Shown piece by piece: positions 16,744-25,769 of a DNA stretch of 27,269 nt. Both the position numbers and the translations under genes were made by a program. Source of the stretch: Candidatus Thalassarchaeaceae archaeon (GTDB lineage: Archaea > Thermoplasmatota > Poseidoniia > Poseidoniales > Thalassarchaeaceae); NCBI GenBank assembly GCA_030747675.1, contig JASLKH010000091.1:1-27269 (forward strand), read 5' to 3'. Numbering within the stretch: the first letter of the stretch is position 1; each line of letters starts with the position of its first letter. The notes under the pieces are model-generated. The model worked only from the letters and a program-made list of their open reading frames with translations. It was not told where the DNA came from and made no database searches.

Positions 16744-17958
16744 TCAAGACATCTTCGCCAGCCTGTGGCGAGTAAGGAATGAATCAATACGGTCAAAAGC
16801 CGCATTCAATGTTGATTCATCGGCCAGGTATACTATGCGGATGTGCCCCACTCCTTTTTCTGGAGAAAAACCACTTCCATGAACGACTAATACATGCTCT
16901 TCATGCAACAAACTTAGTACAAACTCTTTGTCATTTTTCGACCAATATTTATCTGTCAAACGAGCGAACATGTAGAATGCTCCGCCTGGTGCTTCAACTT
17001 CAAGACCCTCAATATTTGCAATCCTATCCAAACACAATTGCCTGCGGCTTTGAACTTTCGATGAATGTTCATCCATCCAATCTCTGTCACCTTCAAGTCC
17101 TGCGAGATACCCAAGCTGTGCTGGTGTGCTAGCACACAACCTTGAGCGTAATAATCTCTCAATCCCATCCCGAACATCAATCAATACATTAGTTGGATCA
17201 TGAATTGCCATGTAGCCAATCCTCCAACCGGGAGCGTAGTAGACTTTCGAGACACCATTCAATGCGAAAACAGGAACTTCATCTGATAATGAAGCGACGG
17301 ACACATGTTCTCCGCTAAAGTCTAGACCATCGTAAATTTCATCTGCAACTATCATACAATTAGGCCACTTTTTTGCTATGGATAGAAGCTTTTGAATTTC
17401 TTTTCGGCCCGCAACATTCCCTGTAGGATTGTTCGGATTAATTAGGACCAATAAACGAACATCTGAATCCATTTTTGATTCAATATCATCTAAATCGATA
17501 CACCATCCATCATCCGATTTCAGCGCATATTCAATAGTCGTAGCCCCATACATCTGAGGGTATGCCATGTAAGGCGGATAATGCGGACCTGGTGCCAAGA
17601 CTTTCGAGCCTTCCTCGAGAGTTGCTGCAAAAATAATCTGTAAAGCCTCAGTAACTCCGTGGCAAACATAGACATCATCCACATTACAATTCCAGCCTTT
17701 TCTAGTTTCATCTGCAGCAATCGCTGAGCGCAATATAGGAAGACCGTACGATGGTGAGTAACCATTGTTTCCAGAGGCCAACCCATCGCGATATGCTTCA
17801 ACCATGTGTTGAGGCGTGGGCAATCCAGGATATGCGATTGGGTCACCAATATTCAATTTGATAATTTCATGCCCCTCTGCTTCCAACTTGGTTGCTGGAA
17901 CGACCACGTCCCTAATCGCATATTCGATTGTAGAAGCACGAGAGGATACTGGTATCAC
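16744..17958 (-). CDS. PLP-dependent class I/II aminotransferase, alanine aminotransferase (Thermococcales AlaAT/AlaA)-like
   Basis: IEYAIRDVV..A..LE..G..IIKLNIGDP, INPNNPTG, ADEIYD, NGVSKVYYAPGWRIGY (PLP Lys), PGGAFY and HIRIVY. A GTG start at 17958 forms a GTGA overlap with the EVE stop (track start is TTG 17979). Confidence 0.92.
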   Translation of the reverse strand: MIPVSSRASTIEYAIRDVVVPATKLEAEGHEIIKLNIGDPIAYPGLPTPQHMVEAYRDGLASGNNGYSPSYGLPILRSAIAADETRKGWNCNVDDVYVCHGVTEALQIIFAATLEEGSKVLAPGPHYPPYMAYPQMYGATTIEYALKSDDGWCIDLDDIESKMDSDVRLLVLINPNNPTGNVAGRKEIQKLLSIAKKWPNCMIVADEIYDGLDFSGEHVSVASLSDEVPVFALNGVSKVYYAPGWRIGYMAIHDPTNVLIDVRDGIERLLRSRLCASTPAQLGYLAGLEGDRDWMDEHSSKVQSRRQLCLDRIANIEGLEVEAPGGAFYMFARLTDKYWSKNDKEFVLSLLHEEHVLVVHGSGFSPEKGVGHIRIVYLADESTLNAAFDRIDSFLTRHRLAKMS

Positions 17959-18416
17959 GCTATTCCACCCATCCTGCAAATTTCGTCATATTGTTCCTTA
18001 GAAACAGGTTGAACGGATAATCTCTGGCCCCTCTGAACAAGTGGCATTTCATCTAAAGCAGGATTTGCTTTTATGTCGACTAAACTAACCATTTCCATTT
18101 CTTGAACTGCTTCAATATCGACCATCATCCATCTAGGGTTATCAGGTGTTGACTTTTCATCGAAATACTTGCTATTAGTGTCCCAAGAGGTGTGATCAGG
18201 GTAACCTTCACGGCAAACTCTAGCTAAACCAGCAACATGTGGAGGCTTGGTATTTGAATGATAAAATAACACCATGTCACCCATTTTCATCTTATCGCGC
18301 ATCATGTTTCTAGCTTGGTAATTTCTTACTCCATCCCAATGAGTTGAACCATCTGCAACCAATTGAGAAAAGGGGTAGACGTCGGGCTCAGACTTCATTA
18401 GCCAGTAGTTCACCAT
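17955..18416 (-). CDS. EVE domain protein (PUA-like, THYN1-like)
   Basis: YWLMKSEP...WDGVRNYQARN.MR..MK.GD.VLFYHSN...SKYFDEKS....PRW.MVD...RLSVQPV. Start is ATG 18416 or ATG 18455 (the latter overlaps the RND stop). Confidence 0.95.
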   Translation of the reverse strand: MVNYWLMKSEPDVYPFSQLVADGSTHWDGVRNYQARNMMRDKMKMGDMVLFYHSNTKPPHVAGLARVCREGYPDHTSWDTNSKYFDEKSTPDNPRWMMVDIEAVQEMEMVSLVDIKANPALDEMPLVQRGQRLSVQPVSKEQYDEICRMGGIA

Positions 18417-18448
18417 GTAGGGGTCGTCTAAGCGACATCCCTTAGATT

Positions 18449-21394
18449 TCACCATGCATCGCCATGGTCAGGAATTAGGGCGGCATCAACAACGTCAATG
18501 TCACCTCTCGCAGCAACACGGCCCAATCCAAGTTTCCTTGCCATCGAACTAGCACCGCCAGTAGAGCCTATTCCCAACTCTTCGAGTAACACGAAAATGG
18601 CAGGTAGCAAAATTAGTGCACTTGCTGCTGCAATCCATAGTAGAATAATGATTACCGTAATGAACGGTTTAATTTCTGGAATTGGAATCTGATATGCTGT
18701 AACCATTCCCAGCGTGGTTACAGTTGCAGCTTCGAACAATGACATACCCGTACTAACAGTCGACGTACGTATCGCTTCTATCCCACCGCCTAATTCGCGT
18801 ATACGGTTGGCTATGTGTATTGAGAAATCAACACCTACTCCAACAAGAATTGAGCCAATCATAACTGTGACCAGAGATAATGAAACATCCATTTGCCACA
18901 TTACAAGCCATTGTAAGGCAACCGTGGCGATAACAGGAGCAGTGGTCCAAAACGAAAATCTGATGTCCTTAAACACAATTGCTAATGTCATCAAGGTAAG
19001 TGCTACTGCGAAACCTAGTGATGACCATTGGCTTCCGACTATGAGTTCGTTAACAGCTATTGCTGTTGCTGCAACTCCGGTTAAATCGCCAGCATATATG
19101 TCTCCTTCATAGTCACGTGATGTGTATTCATTAACTTGAGCAACTGCTTCAGAAGTCTCAGCAACTGGTACGAATGGCATGTCAACATAGATCAAGTTTC
19201 TACTATAATCATCTGAAATAAATAGACCCCTTGTTTCATCTGTTAGGCTTGAATAAAACACATCTAGAAGGAAACCTTCTGCTCGAGGATTGTTAGTGCC
19301 ATTAGCACGTGGCGAAGTTAGAATCTCCCAGAAAGTGACATCTTCGTTATATTGACGGTTAAGATATGGTTCTAAGGCATCTTTCAAGTCGTCTGGAACA
19401 AGTGGATTATCGGTTAAATTCCAAAGTGGTGTTCCGCTAATATTTGCTCCCAAACCAACAGATTTCATCAAGAAGACTATGCTTACTGCGTTAGTTTGTT
19501 CAATAGTGTTGAGCTTATCTTCTAGCGCTGATAATCCCAATAGTTTCTCAACCGGCTCACCCTCGGTTGGGTCTGCATCTCCTGAAATATCACCCTCAAT
19601 GAGTATCATCCCAACTTGGCCTGCGTTGAAGTCTTGTGAATATTGTTTCATAGTTACAACAGATGCTTCATCTTCTGGAGCCATACCTAACAAGTCGATG
19701 TTCTCCTCAACATTTTCCTGACCCCAAAACCCTGAAATGAAAATCATAACCATGAAAACTGCAATCACACCTTTGGACCATTTAATCGGAACTTGAACGA
19801 CCTTCTCAAAGACAGGTAGTGGCGGGTGTTTGGGCTTTCGCAGATCGAGAAGTAATGTCAGATTAGGCACCATCGCCATAGTCAATAAGTAAACAATTAC
19901 AATACCGCCGGAAAGTGCTATTCCTACTGTCTCAATTGGTTTCATTGGCGTGAAGGTTAGGGAAATGAAACCGATAACTGTAGTTACTGCTGAAAGAAAT
20001 ACTGCCCTACCTGTTGATGATAGCGACTGCCGTATTTTCTCATCTTTAGTACCAGTTTCTTCTGCATATCGATTAGTGATGTGCAACCCATATGATACGC
20101 CCAACGCCAATAAAATTGGACCGACTATAATTACAGTCATAGTAACTTCATATCCAGTATAACCCATTATCCCTAATGTCCAAAATACAGAACACAGAGT
20201 TGGGAGACCGGCTATCACTACTACTTTGAAACCTTGAACCGGCCTCCATGAACCAGTTTGTAATACATCGGAGTGGAATACAAACAATCCCAGTGCAACC
20301 AAAACAATCGCCAGCGGGAAAATCTGCCAAAATAGTTTGAAAGAGAATTCTGTCACCGCATTAGTAATTGGAACAGGCCCTGTTAATGTCATCGAGATTC
20401 CTAAATCCTCCCAATCACACAAATCAGCACCGATTGGCTCACCGTTTTGATCGTACTCACATGGACGCTTTTCTTTGGAGATGTTATCCAGTATTTCTTG
20501 TGTCTTATCTATTACTTCCTTTGCAGTCTTAGTTTCGTCAACAGCAATAATAATTACTGCTTTGTCTAGAAGACCGTCTCCATCAGTATCTCTAGACATT
20601 TTATCTAATCCGGGCGAAGGCGAACCATCGTCTTCGTACATTTCATCCACTATAGTGTCGATTGTTGTTTGAGAAGGAATACTGTAATTGCCCCAAATAG
20701 GATCGCCGATATCCAAGACGTCCTTTACTAATTCTCCAGCAGCATGTCCAATACAATTTTCATCACCAGGGGGGCAAATTTCTGCCACTAGTTCGTCAAC
20801 GAACGCATCTTGGATACGAGGTAAACTCGAGTTTACTTCCTTGACTACCGTCGATAGTGAAAGAGCATAAATTACGTCATCTGTCGGGTCAGATAGCCTT
20901 GGATTTAGTTTGGTCTCTACATAAGACATCTCTTGCAATATTCTTCTATCATCGATTGGTTTCTCGGGAGAGTCGATGTAAATAATCATCACATTAGTAG
21001 ACCAATTCTTCTCTACCTCTTTTATGCTCTCTAGAACCGGAGAACCTTCTGGCAGATAAACGTCTAAATCGCCATTTACATTCAATGATGGTTCATCACC
21101 TGGTTTGATGGAAGTTCCGTCGACGAAACCAGAATGGTAAGCAAAGAAGACTGATGCCATCAGACAGACAACTACCATGAAAATTGGAAATTTGGTCAAA
21201 ATTCCAGTCGCACCATGTTTTTGCCATTCGCGTTGAAGTGATTTGGGAGCATCTAAAACAGCATCAAGAGTTTTTCTAGCATTCCAATCCTTGACGCTTC
21301 CACGAAGCTTTTCTTGGCCGTGCCCAAAGATTCGCGACAGTTTATCCTGCAACGATGAAGGGTCATCTTTCGGCCCTGACTCATCTTCGGACAT
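18449..21394 (-). CDS. MMPL/RND family transporter (archaeal HAE3-like), two repeats
   Basis: Two halves, each with TM + large external loop + TM bundle. TM4 LALGVSYGLHITNRYAEE and TM10 VGVGVDFSIHIANRIRE; 'TGRAVFLSAVTTVIGFISL' and 'TGMSLFEAATVTTLG'. Confidence 0.92.
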   Translation of the reverse strand: MSEDESGPKDDPSSLQDKLSRIFGHGQEKLRGSVKDWNARKTLDAVLDAPKSLQREWQKHGATGILTKFPIFMVVVCLMASVFFAYHSGFVDGTSIKPGDEPSLNVNGDLDVYLPEGSPVLESIKEVEKNWSTNVMIIYIDSPEKPIDDRRILQEMSYVETKLNPRLSDPTDDVIYALSLSTVVKEVNSSLPRIQDAFVDELVAEICPPGDENCIGHAAGELVKDVLDIGDPIWGNYSIPSQTTIDTIVDEMYEDDGSPSPGLDKMSRDTDGDGLLDKAVIIIAVDETKTAKEVIDKTQEILDNISKEKRPCEYDQNGEPIGADLCDWEDLGISMTLTGPVPITNAVTEFSFKLFWQIFPLAIVLVALGLFVFHSDVLQTGSWRPVQGFKVVVIAGLPTLCSVFWTLGIMGYTGYEVTMTVIIVGPILLALGVSYGLHITNRYAEETGTKDEKIRQSLSSTGRAVFLSAVTTVIGFISLTFTPMKPIETVGIALSGGIVIVYLLTMAMVPNLTLLLDLRKPKHPPLPVFEKVVQVPIKWSKGVIAVFMVMIFISGFWGQENVEENIDLLGMAPEDEASVVTMKQYSQDFNAGQVGMILIEGDISGDADPTEGEPVEKLLGLSALEDKLNTIEQTNAVSIVFLMKSVGLGANISGTPLWNLTDNPLVPDDLKDALEPYLNRQYNEDVTFWEILTSPRANGTNNPRAEGFLLDVFYSSLTDETRGLFISDDYSRNLIYVDMPFVPVAETSEAVAQVNEYTSRDYEGDIYAGDLTGVAATAIAVNELIVGSQWSSLGFAVALTLMTLAIVFKDIRFSFWTTAPVIATVALQWLVMWQMDVSLSLVTVMIGSILVGVGVDFSIHIANRIRELGGGIEAIRTSTVSTGMSLFEAATVTTLGMVTAYQIPIPEIKPFITVIIILLWIAAASALILLPAIFVLLEELGIGSTGGASSMARKLGLGRVAARGDIDVVDAALIPDHGDAW

Positions 21395-21530
21395 ATTGCC
21401 CCCCTAGTACCCCGTCACGCTTAGACCATTTGAAAGCATACCCATCATGGTCATCCAATCACTTCAAAAGTAAGACCCATCAGCACCAAACGGACCTGTG
21501 AGGATAACGCACGCAGGGCCGGTGAGCAAT

Positions 21531-23999
21531 ATGCCATCTCCTAAACTAAACGACAAAAGATGGTCAATCGACCTAGAAAAGAGAATACAAGAGGAACATT
21601 ATGCAGATGAGGCTGCATATTCCAAGCGATATGGCTTCAATCCAGAATCTGGCAAGGAGATATTCGTAATCGACACACCACCACCATATCCGAGCGGAAC
21701 TTGGCATATTGGAGCTGTAGCACAGTACAGTATGATCGATGTTATCGCACGTTCGCAGAGACTGCTAGGAAAGGAAGTTAAATTTCCGTGGGGAGTTGAC
21801 AGAAATGGTATCAATGTTGAATTCACAGTGGAAAAGAATACTGGAAGGAAAATGAAAACTTATGACCGAGCTGAATTCCTCAAATTATGTGAAGAAACTA
21901 TCGAAGAATTCACTCAATCCATGCGAAACACTGCACGGCGAGTTGGACTTTCAATGGATTTTGCAAATGAATACCTCACAGATGCACCAAATTACCGAAT
22001 GGTAACTCAAACCATTTTCACAGAACTGTTCAAGAGAGGTGCAATAGTTGAGGATTTACGGCCAAATATCTACGACCCTGTTGAAGGCACAACTATTGCA
22101 GATGCAGAAGTTGAAAGATTGCAAAGAAGAACCAAGCTCGTAGATGTGAAATGGCAAACTGAAAATGGTGAAGAGCTAATTATCTCTACAACGAGGCCTG
22201 AACTCATTTGTGCTTGTGGAATAGTAGTTGTTCATCCCGATGATGAGCGATATAAGCACTTGATCGGTAAGAAAGCAATGCTTCCTCTGCCGGTTGAAGG
22301 AAGGGATATCAGTGTTGAAATTTCTACCCATCCATCGGTCAAGAGTGAATTTGGTTCTGGAATTCTAATGGTATGTTCTTTCGGTGACCAAAACGACGTT
22401 GCTGTATTCCGTGAATTAGGATTAACACCCTTCCAAGCGATTGATTTAGACGGATGCATGACTAGTATTGCCGGACCATTCGCAGGAATGAAGGTAGCAG
22501 AAGCAAGAAAATCCGTAATTGAGCATCTTGAAAATGAAGGAAAGATTCACCAAATTGTTGAGAAAGAGCAGGAGGTTCCTGTCTCCGAAAGAGGCAAAAA
22601 TCCAGTAGAAATTATTCTTTTGAAAGAATGGTATGTTAGACAAACTCACATTCAGGACAGAATTACAGAGTTGGCTGAAGAGATTGACTTCCACCCACCT
22701 AGAAACAAACAATTCCTCCTCGATTGGATGGAGAACATATCTATCGATTGGCCAATCAGTCGAAGACGATGGTATCACACGGAAATACCAATTTGGTATG
22801 CAGATGAAGGAACTAAGGTAATTTGTGCACCATCAGGTGTTTATGTTCAACCATGGTGCCAATCTCCACCGGATAACAGCGAAGTTCTTGACAGAGAAAC
22901 TAGGGAAGTTCTCGGACTGTATGGTGAAATGAAAAGTGACTTGGGAGAAATTGTAGGTGAAGAAAAGGTATTCGATACTTGGATGGACTCCAGCAATTCA
23001 AATCTCTTTGTCTCAGGGTATCTAAACGAAATGGATACTTTCGAGAAAGCATTCCCAACAGCAATCCGGCCTCAAGGCAAAGAAATTGTTAGAACTTGGT
23101 TATACTACACTCTTCTAAAGAGTGCTTTATTACTTGACAAGCCTGGATTTAAACACGTTTGGATTGACGGTCTTGGAATGGATCCATGGGGCAGGAAAAT
23201 GTCCAAGTCATTAGGAAATGGAATCGATGCTGATAGCGTTCTCGAATGTGGCGCAGGCGGTAGAACCGGCTCATGGCGTGTCAAAGGTCCAGAAAAGAGT
23301 GTTCAGTTGAAAGCAAACAAAATCGGTTCAGAGTGTTTTAGATTATGGAAAGCATGTGATGCACAAGTCGGTGATGACTTCCACATTAACCCTGAAGAAA
23401 TTGAAGCAAAATATTTCGGGGTCCTTACCAAATTGTTCAATGTTGCAAGATTTGCTAGTCAATTCGATGTACCTAAGGACTTGGAGACAACTCCAGACAA
23501 ACTCTCTGTAGAAGACCGCTGGATTTTATCAGAATTTGCTGAGACTATGAATAAAGTTGAGAAAGCATGGACTAACCTTGACATTTACACCGCAACACAG
23601 GGATTGAAAACATTCGGGACCGGCATTCTACCTAGCCACTGGTTGGAGATGTCGAAGTCGAGACTGTATGACGGTGACACGAATGCAGCTTGGACAATTC
23701 ATCGAATTGTACGTGACTTGATGTCAGCATTATCGCCAGTGTGTCCTTTCTTCACCCATCATATATCGAGCACATTGTATGAACAGAGTGCTGTTGATGC
23801 AAGAGAATTTCCGTCTAGAACTCCTGAAGACGAAGAACTTAGGAAATTGACTAATACAATTGAGGATTTCAATGGTTCCACTTGGAAACAAAAGAAAGAC
23901 TCAGGATTATCTCTAAATGCACCGATTTCTGGAATAGAGATTCCAGAACAATTGAACGAATTCAAGATGATTTTAACTCAAATGCACAAACTGGAGTAA
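21531..23999 (+). CDS. valS: Valine--tRNA ligase (archaeal type, no C-terminal coiled coil)
   Basis: FVIDTPPPYPSGTWHIGA (HIGH), STTRPEL, CSFGD..D, DWPISRRRWY, DTWMDSS, RPQGKEIVRTW and KMSKS (23196-23210). ATG 21531 is preceded by a GGTGA SD (track start is GTG 21498). Confidence 0.97.
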   Translation: MPSPKLNDKRWSIDLEKRIQEEHYADEAAYSKRYGFNPESGKEIFVIDTPPPYPSGTWHIGAVAQYSMIDVIARSQRLLGKEVKFPWGVDRNGINVEFTVEKNTGRKMKTYDRAEFLKLCEETIEEFTQSMRNTARRVGLSMDFANEYLTDAPNYRMVTQTIFTELFKRGAIVEDLRPNIYDPVEGTTIADAEVERLQRRTKLVDVKWQTENGEELIISTTRPELICACGIVVVHPDDERYKHLIGKKAMLPLPVEGRDISVEISTHPSVKSEFGSGILMVCSFGDQNDVAVFRELGLTPFQAIDLDGCMTSIAGPFAGMKVAEARKSVIEHLENEGKIHQIVEKEQEVPVSERGKNPVEIILLKEWYVRQTHIQDRITELAEEIDFHPPRNKQFLLDWMENISIDWPISRRRWYHTEIPIWYADEGTKVICAPSGVYVQPWCQSPPDNSEVLDRETREVLGLYGEMKSDLGEIVGEEKVFDTWMDSSNSNLFVSGYLNEMDTFEKAFPTAIRPQGKEIVRTWLYYTLLKSALLLDKPGFKHVWIDGLGMDPWGRKMSKSLGNGIDADSVLECGAGGRTGSWRVKGPEKSVQLKANKIGSECFRLWKACDAQVGDDFHINPEEIEAKYFGVLTKLFNVARFASQFDVPKDLETTPDKLSVEDRWILSEFAETMNKVEKAWTNLDIYTATQGLKTFGTGILPSHWLEMSKSRLYDGDTNAAWTIHRIVRDLMSALSPVCPFFTHHISSTLYEQSAVDAREFPSRTPEDEELRKLTNTIEDFNGSTWKQKKDSGLSLNAPISGIEIPEQLNEFKMILTQMHKLE

Positions 24000-25100
24000 T
24001 TACTCATCCACATCAAGAGTAGATTGCCTTGATAGTGGCATTTCCAAATTTCCAAGACGGAAACCAACCAATCTTACTGGCCTGTCAAACTCAATGTTCT
24101 CTGCAAATAATCCATGCGCCAAGCGCATGAATACAGTTTCATCATCCATTGCAACTGGGATGGAACGGCCATGTGTATGAGTTTCGAACCCTTGGTAACG
24201 AATTTTTACTTCTCCCAGACGACCTGCAACACCCATTTCTTTTGCTCGTTTGATAACTTTACTTACCAATACTGACAATTGTGATAATACACTCTCGCTA
24301 TCTGTTTGGTCGAACTCAAAGGTGTGTTCTTTCCCAACTGATTTTCTACTACGCAATGGACTGACATCATTACTAGTTTCTCCTTCTAGTACTCTTATTA
24401 TCCATGATGCGAATCGTTCCGAAGTGAATCTTGCCAAGGCGATTTCACCATATTCCGCTGCTTCAAACATTGTATTTATTCCCCATTCTGCTAATCTTGT
24501 TGCTGTTTTAGGCCCAATTCCAGGAACCTCACGAACTGAACGGCCATTGAAAAAATCTTCAATTTGATCGGGAAGTGTTCTATGAATACCTGCTGGTTTG
24601 TATTCCTCACTCCCCATCTTTGCTAGAATCCGAGTTGGACCTATTCCGAACGAAGTGGATAATCCCAATTCGTCCAAGATCTTTGTTTGCAAATTTCTTG
24701 CAAATGCTAACGCTTTATCCCAATCTCCTTCACAGAATTCAGTAATATCAAGGTAAGCTTCATCGATGCTTGCTTGCTCGAACTTGTCGGCATTTTGAGA
24801 TAGAATAGACATTACCTTTCTACTTGCACGTGAATACAATCCTCTGGTTGATTTCAGGTAATGACCAGGACCATGCGGGGGTCCAGGGCATCTTCTCCAT
24901 GCTTCTCCAATTGGCATTGCTGAACGGATCCCATATTTCCTTGCAGCATAATTACACGTAGATACAATTCCTCTTCCTTTCCCTTCTTTTGGGTCTGAAC
25001 CAAGTATCAATGGAATTTCCGGATCCAAATTGTGGTGCAAAGTTTCTACCGCTGCGAAAAAGGCATCCAAGTCACAATGGATTAGTATCCTCGATGCCAT
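24000..25100 (-). CDS. dinB: DNA polymerase IV (Y-family, DinB/Dbh)
   Basis: HCDLDAFFAAVE, STCNYAARKYGIRSAM, catalytic SIDEAYLD, VPGIGPKT, RKSVGKEHTF and VRLVG. ATG 25100 lies just before motif I. C-terminal QSTLD resembles a clamp-binding motif. Confidence 0.95.
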   Translation of the reverse strand: MASRILIHCDLDAFFAAVETLHHNLDPEIPLILGSDPKEGKGRGIVSTCNYAARKYGIRSAMPIGEAWRRCPGPPHGPGHYLKSTRGLYSRASRKVMSILSQNADKFEQASIDEAYLDITEFCEGDWDKALAFARNLQTKILDELGLSTSFGIGPTRILAKMGSEEYKPAGIHRTLPDQIEDFFNGRSVREVPGIGPKTATRLAEWGINTMFEAAEYGEIALARFTSERFASWIIRVLEGETSNDVSPLRSRKSVGKEHTFEFDQTDSESVLSQLSVLVSKVIKRAKEMGVAGRLGEVKIRYQGFETHTHGRSIPVAMDDETVFMRLAHGLFAENIEFDRPVRLVGFRLGNLEMPLSRQSTLDVDE

Positions 25101-25122
25101 GTATTGAATAGAATGTCGGAGG

Positions 25123-25133
25123 TTTTTGAATAA
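25123..25133 (-). promoter_or_regulatory. Putative TATA-like element for leaderless dinB
   Basis: Minus strand reads TTATTCAAAAA about 22 nt upstream of ATG 25100, in the divergent gap. Confidence 0.35.
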
Positions 25134-25178
25134 CGCGAAACCCATGCTTTGATGAAGAAGTATTGTCTAAGGATGTAC

Positions 25179-25769
25179 ATGGGCAGAGTCCAGTCAATAC
25201 TTACTATTGCGGTAGGGGTACTATTGCTGGCATCACTCATCGGTTATTCCGGGGAAGAATTAATCCCCGATGTCCCAAAACCTGATGCTGGACTTTGTGG
25301 AGTAACGAAAGAAGCATTTGACACTGTCCCAGGTGCTAGTGCCTTGCTAGATATCGAAGTTGAAGTCACGTGGGATGACAAAACCGTATGGATTGGAATT
25401 ATCTCCGTAGAAGATTACAATTCACTAGCAAAACTAGGAGGCAATTCGGATGGTGAAATCGTATCCTGTGATTCAAAAATAGATTTCATTGCAGGTGGCC
25501 CAACATCGGCTTCAGATTCCATGTTCGAATGGACACCGGATGGAGAGGATTTCCACATAATGATAGGCTCATTAGAAGATGCTGATGAAGAGGAAGATGA
25601 CGACGATGATGATCCTTGGCCATTCAACGGCCAAGTTAGTTCTAAATCATTCATTGATGAATTCAATGTGAATGTGGATTATGATGTATCTGGGGGCTGG
25701 TTAGCAATAGTGATTTTGTTTGCAATTGAAATTACCCTAGTTTACTTTGCAGTTCTCGATAAGGCTTAA
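25179..25769 (+). CDS. Hypothetical membrane protein (N- and C-terminal TM, beta-rich external domain, acidic tract)
   Basis: ATG 25179 (track starts at TTG 25149). TM ILTIAVGVLLLASLIG; two Cys; DADEEEDDDDDD tract; TM WLAIVILFAIEITLVYFAVL. Confidence 0.75.
   Translation: MGRVQSILTIAVGVLLLASLIGYSGEELIPDVPKPDAGLCGVTKEAFDTVPGASALLDIEVEVTWDDKTVWIGIISVEDYNSLAKLGGNSDGEIVSCDSKIDFIAGGPTSASDSMFEWTPDGEDFHIMIGSLEDADEEEDDDDDDPWPFNGQVSSKSFIDEFNVNVDYDVSGGWLAIVILFAIEITLVYFAVLDKA

Noticed and set aside
14436-17849. Short opposite-strand or alternate-frame ORFs inside the membrane protein and aminotransferase (14436..14780, 16779..17132, 17520..17849, etc.)
   Set aside because: They are fully nested in well-supported genes and have no recognisable motifs.
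17955-18455. EVE protein as part of a modification-dependent restriction/defence system
   Set aside because: It has no fused or adjacent nuclease, toxin or methylase. It is a stand-alone THYN1-like protein among housekeeping genes.
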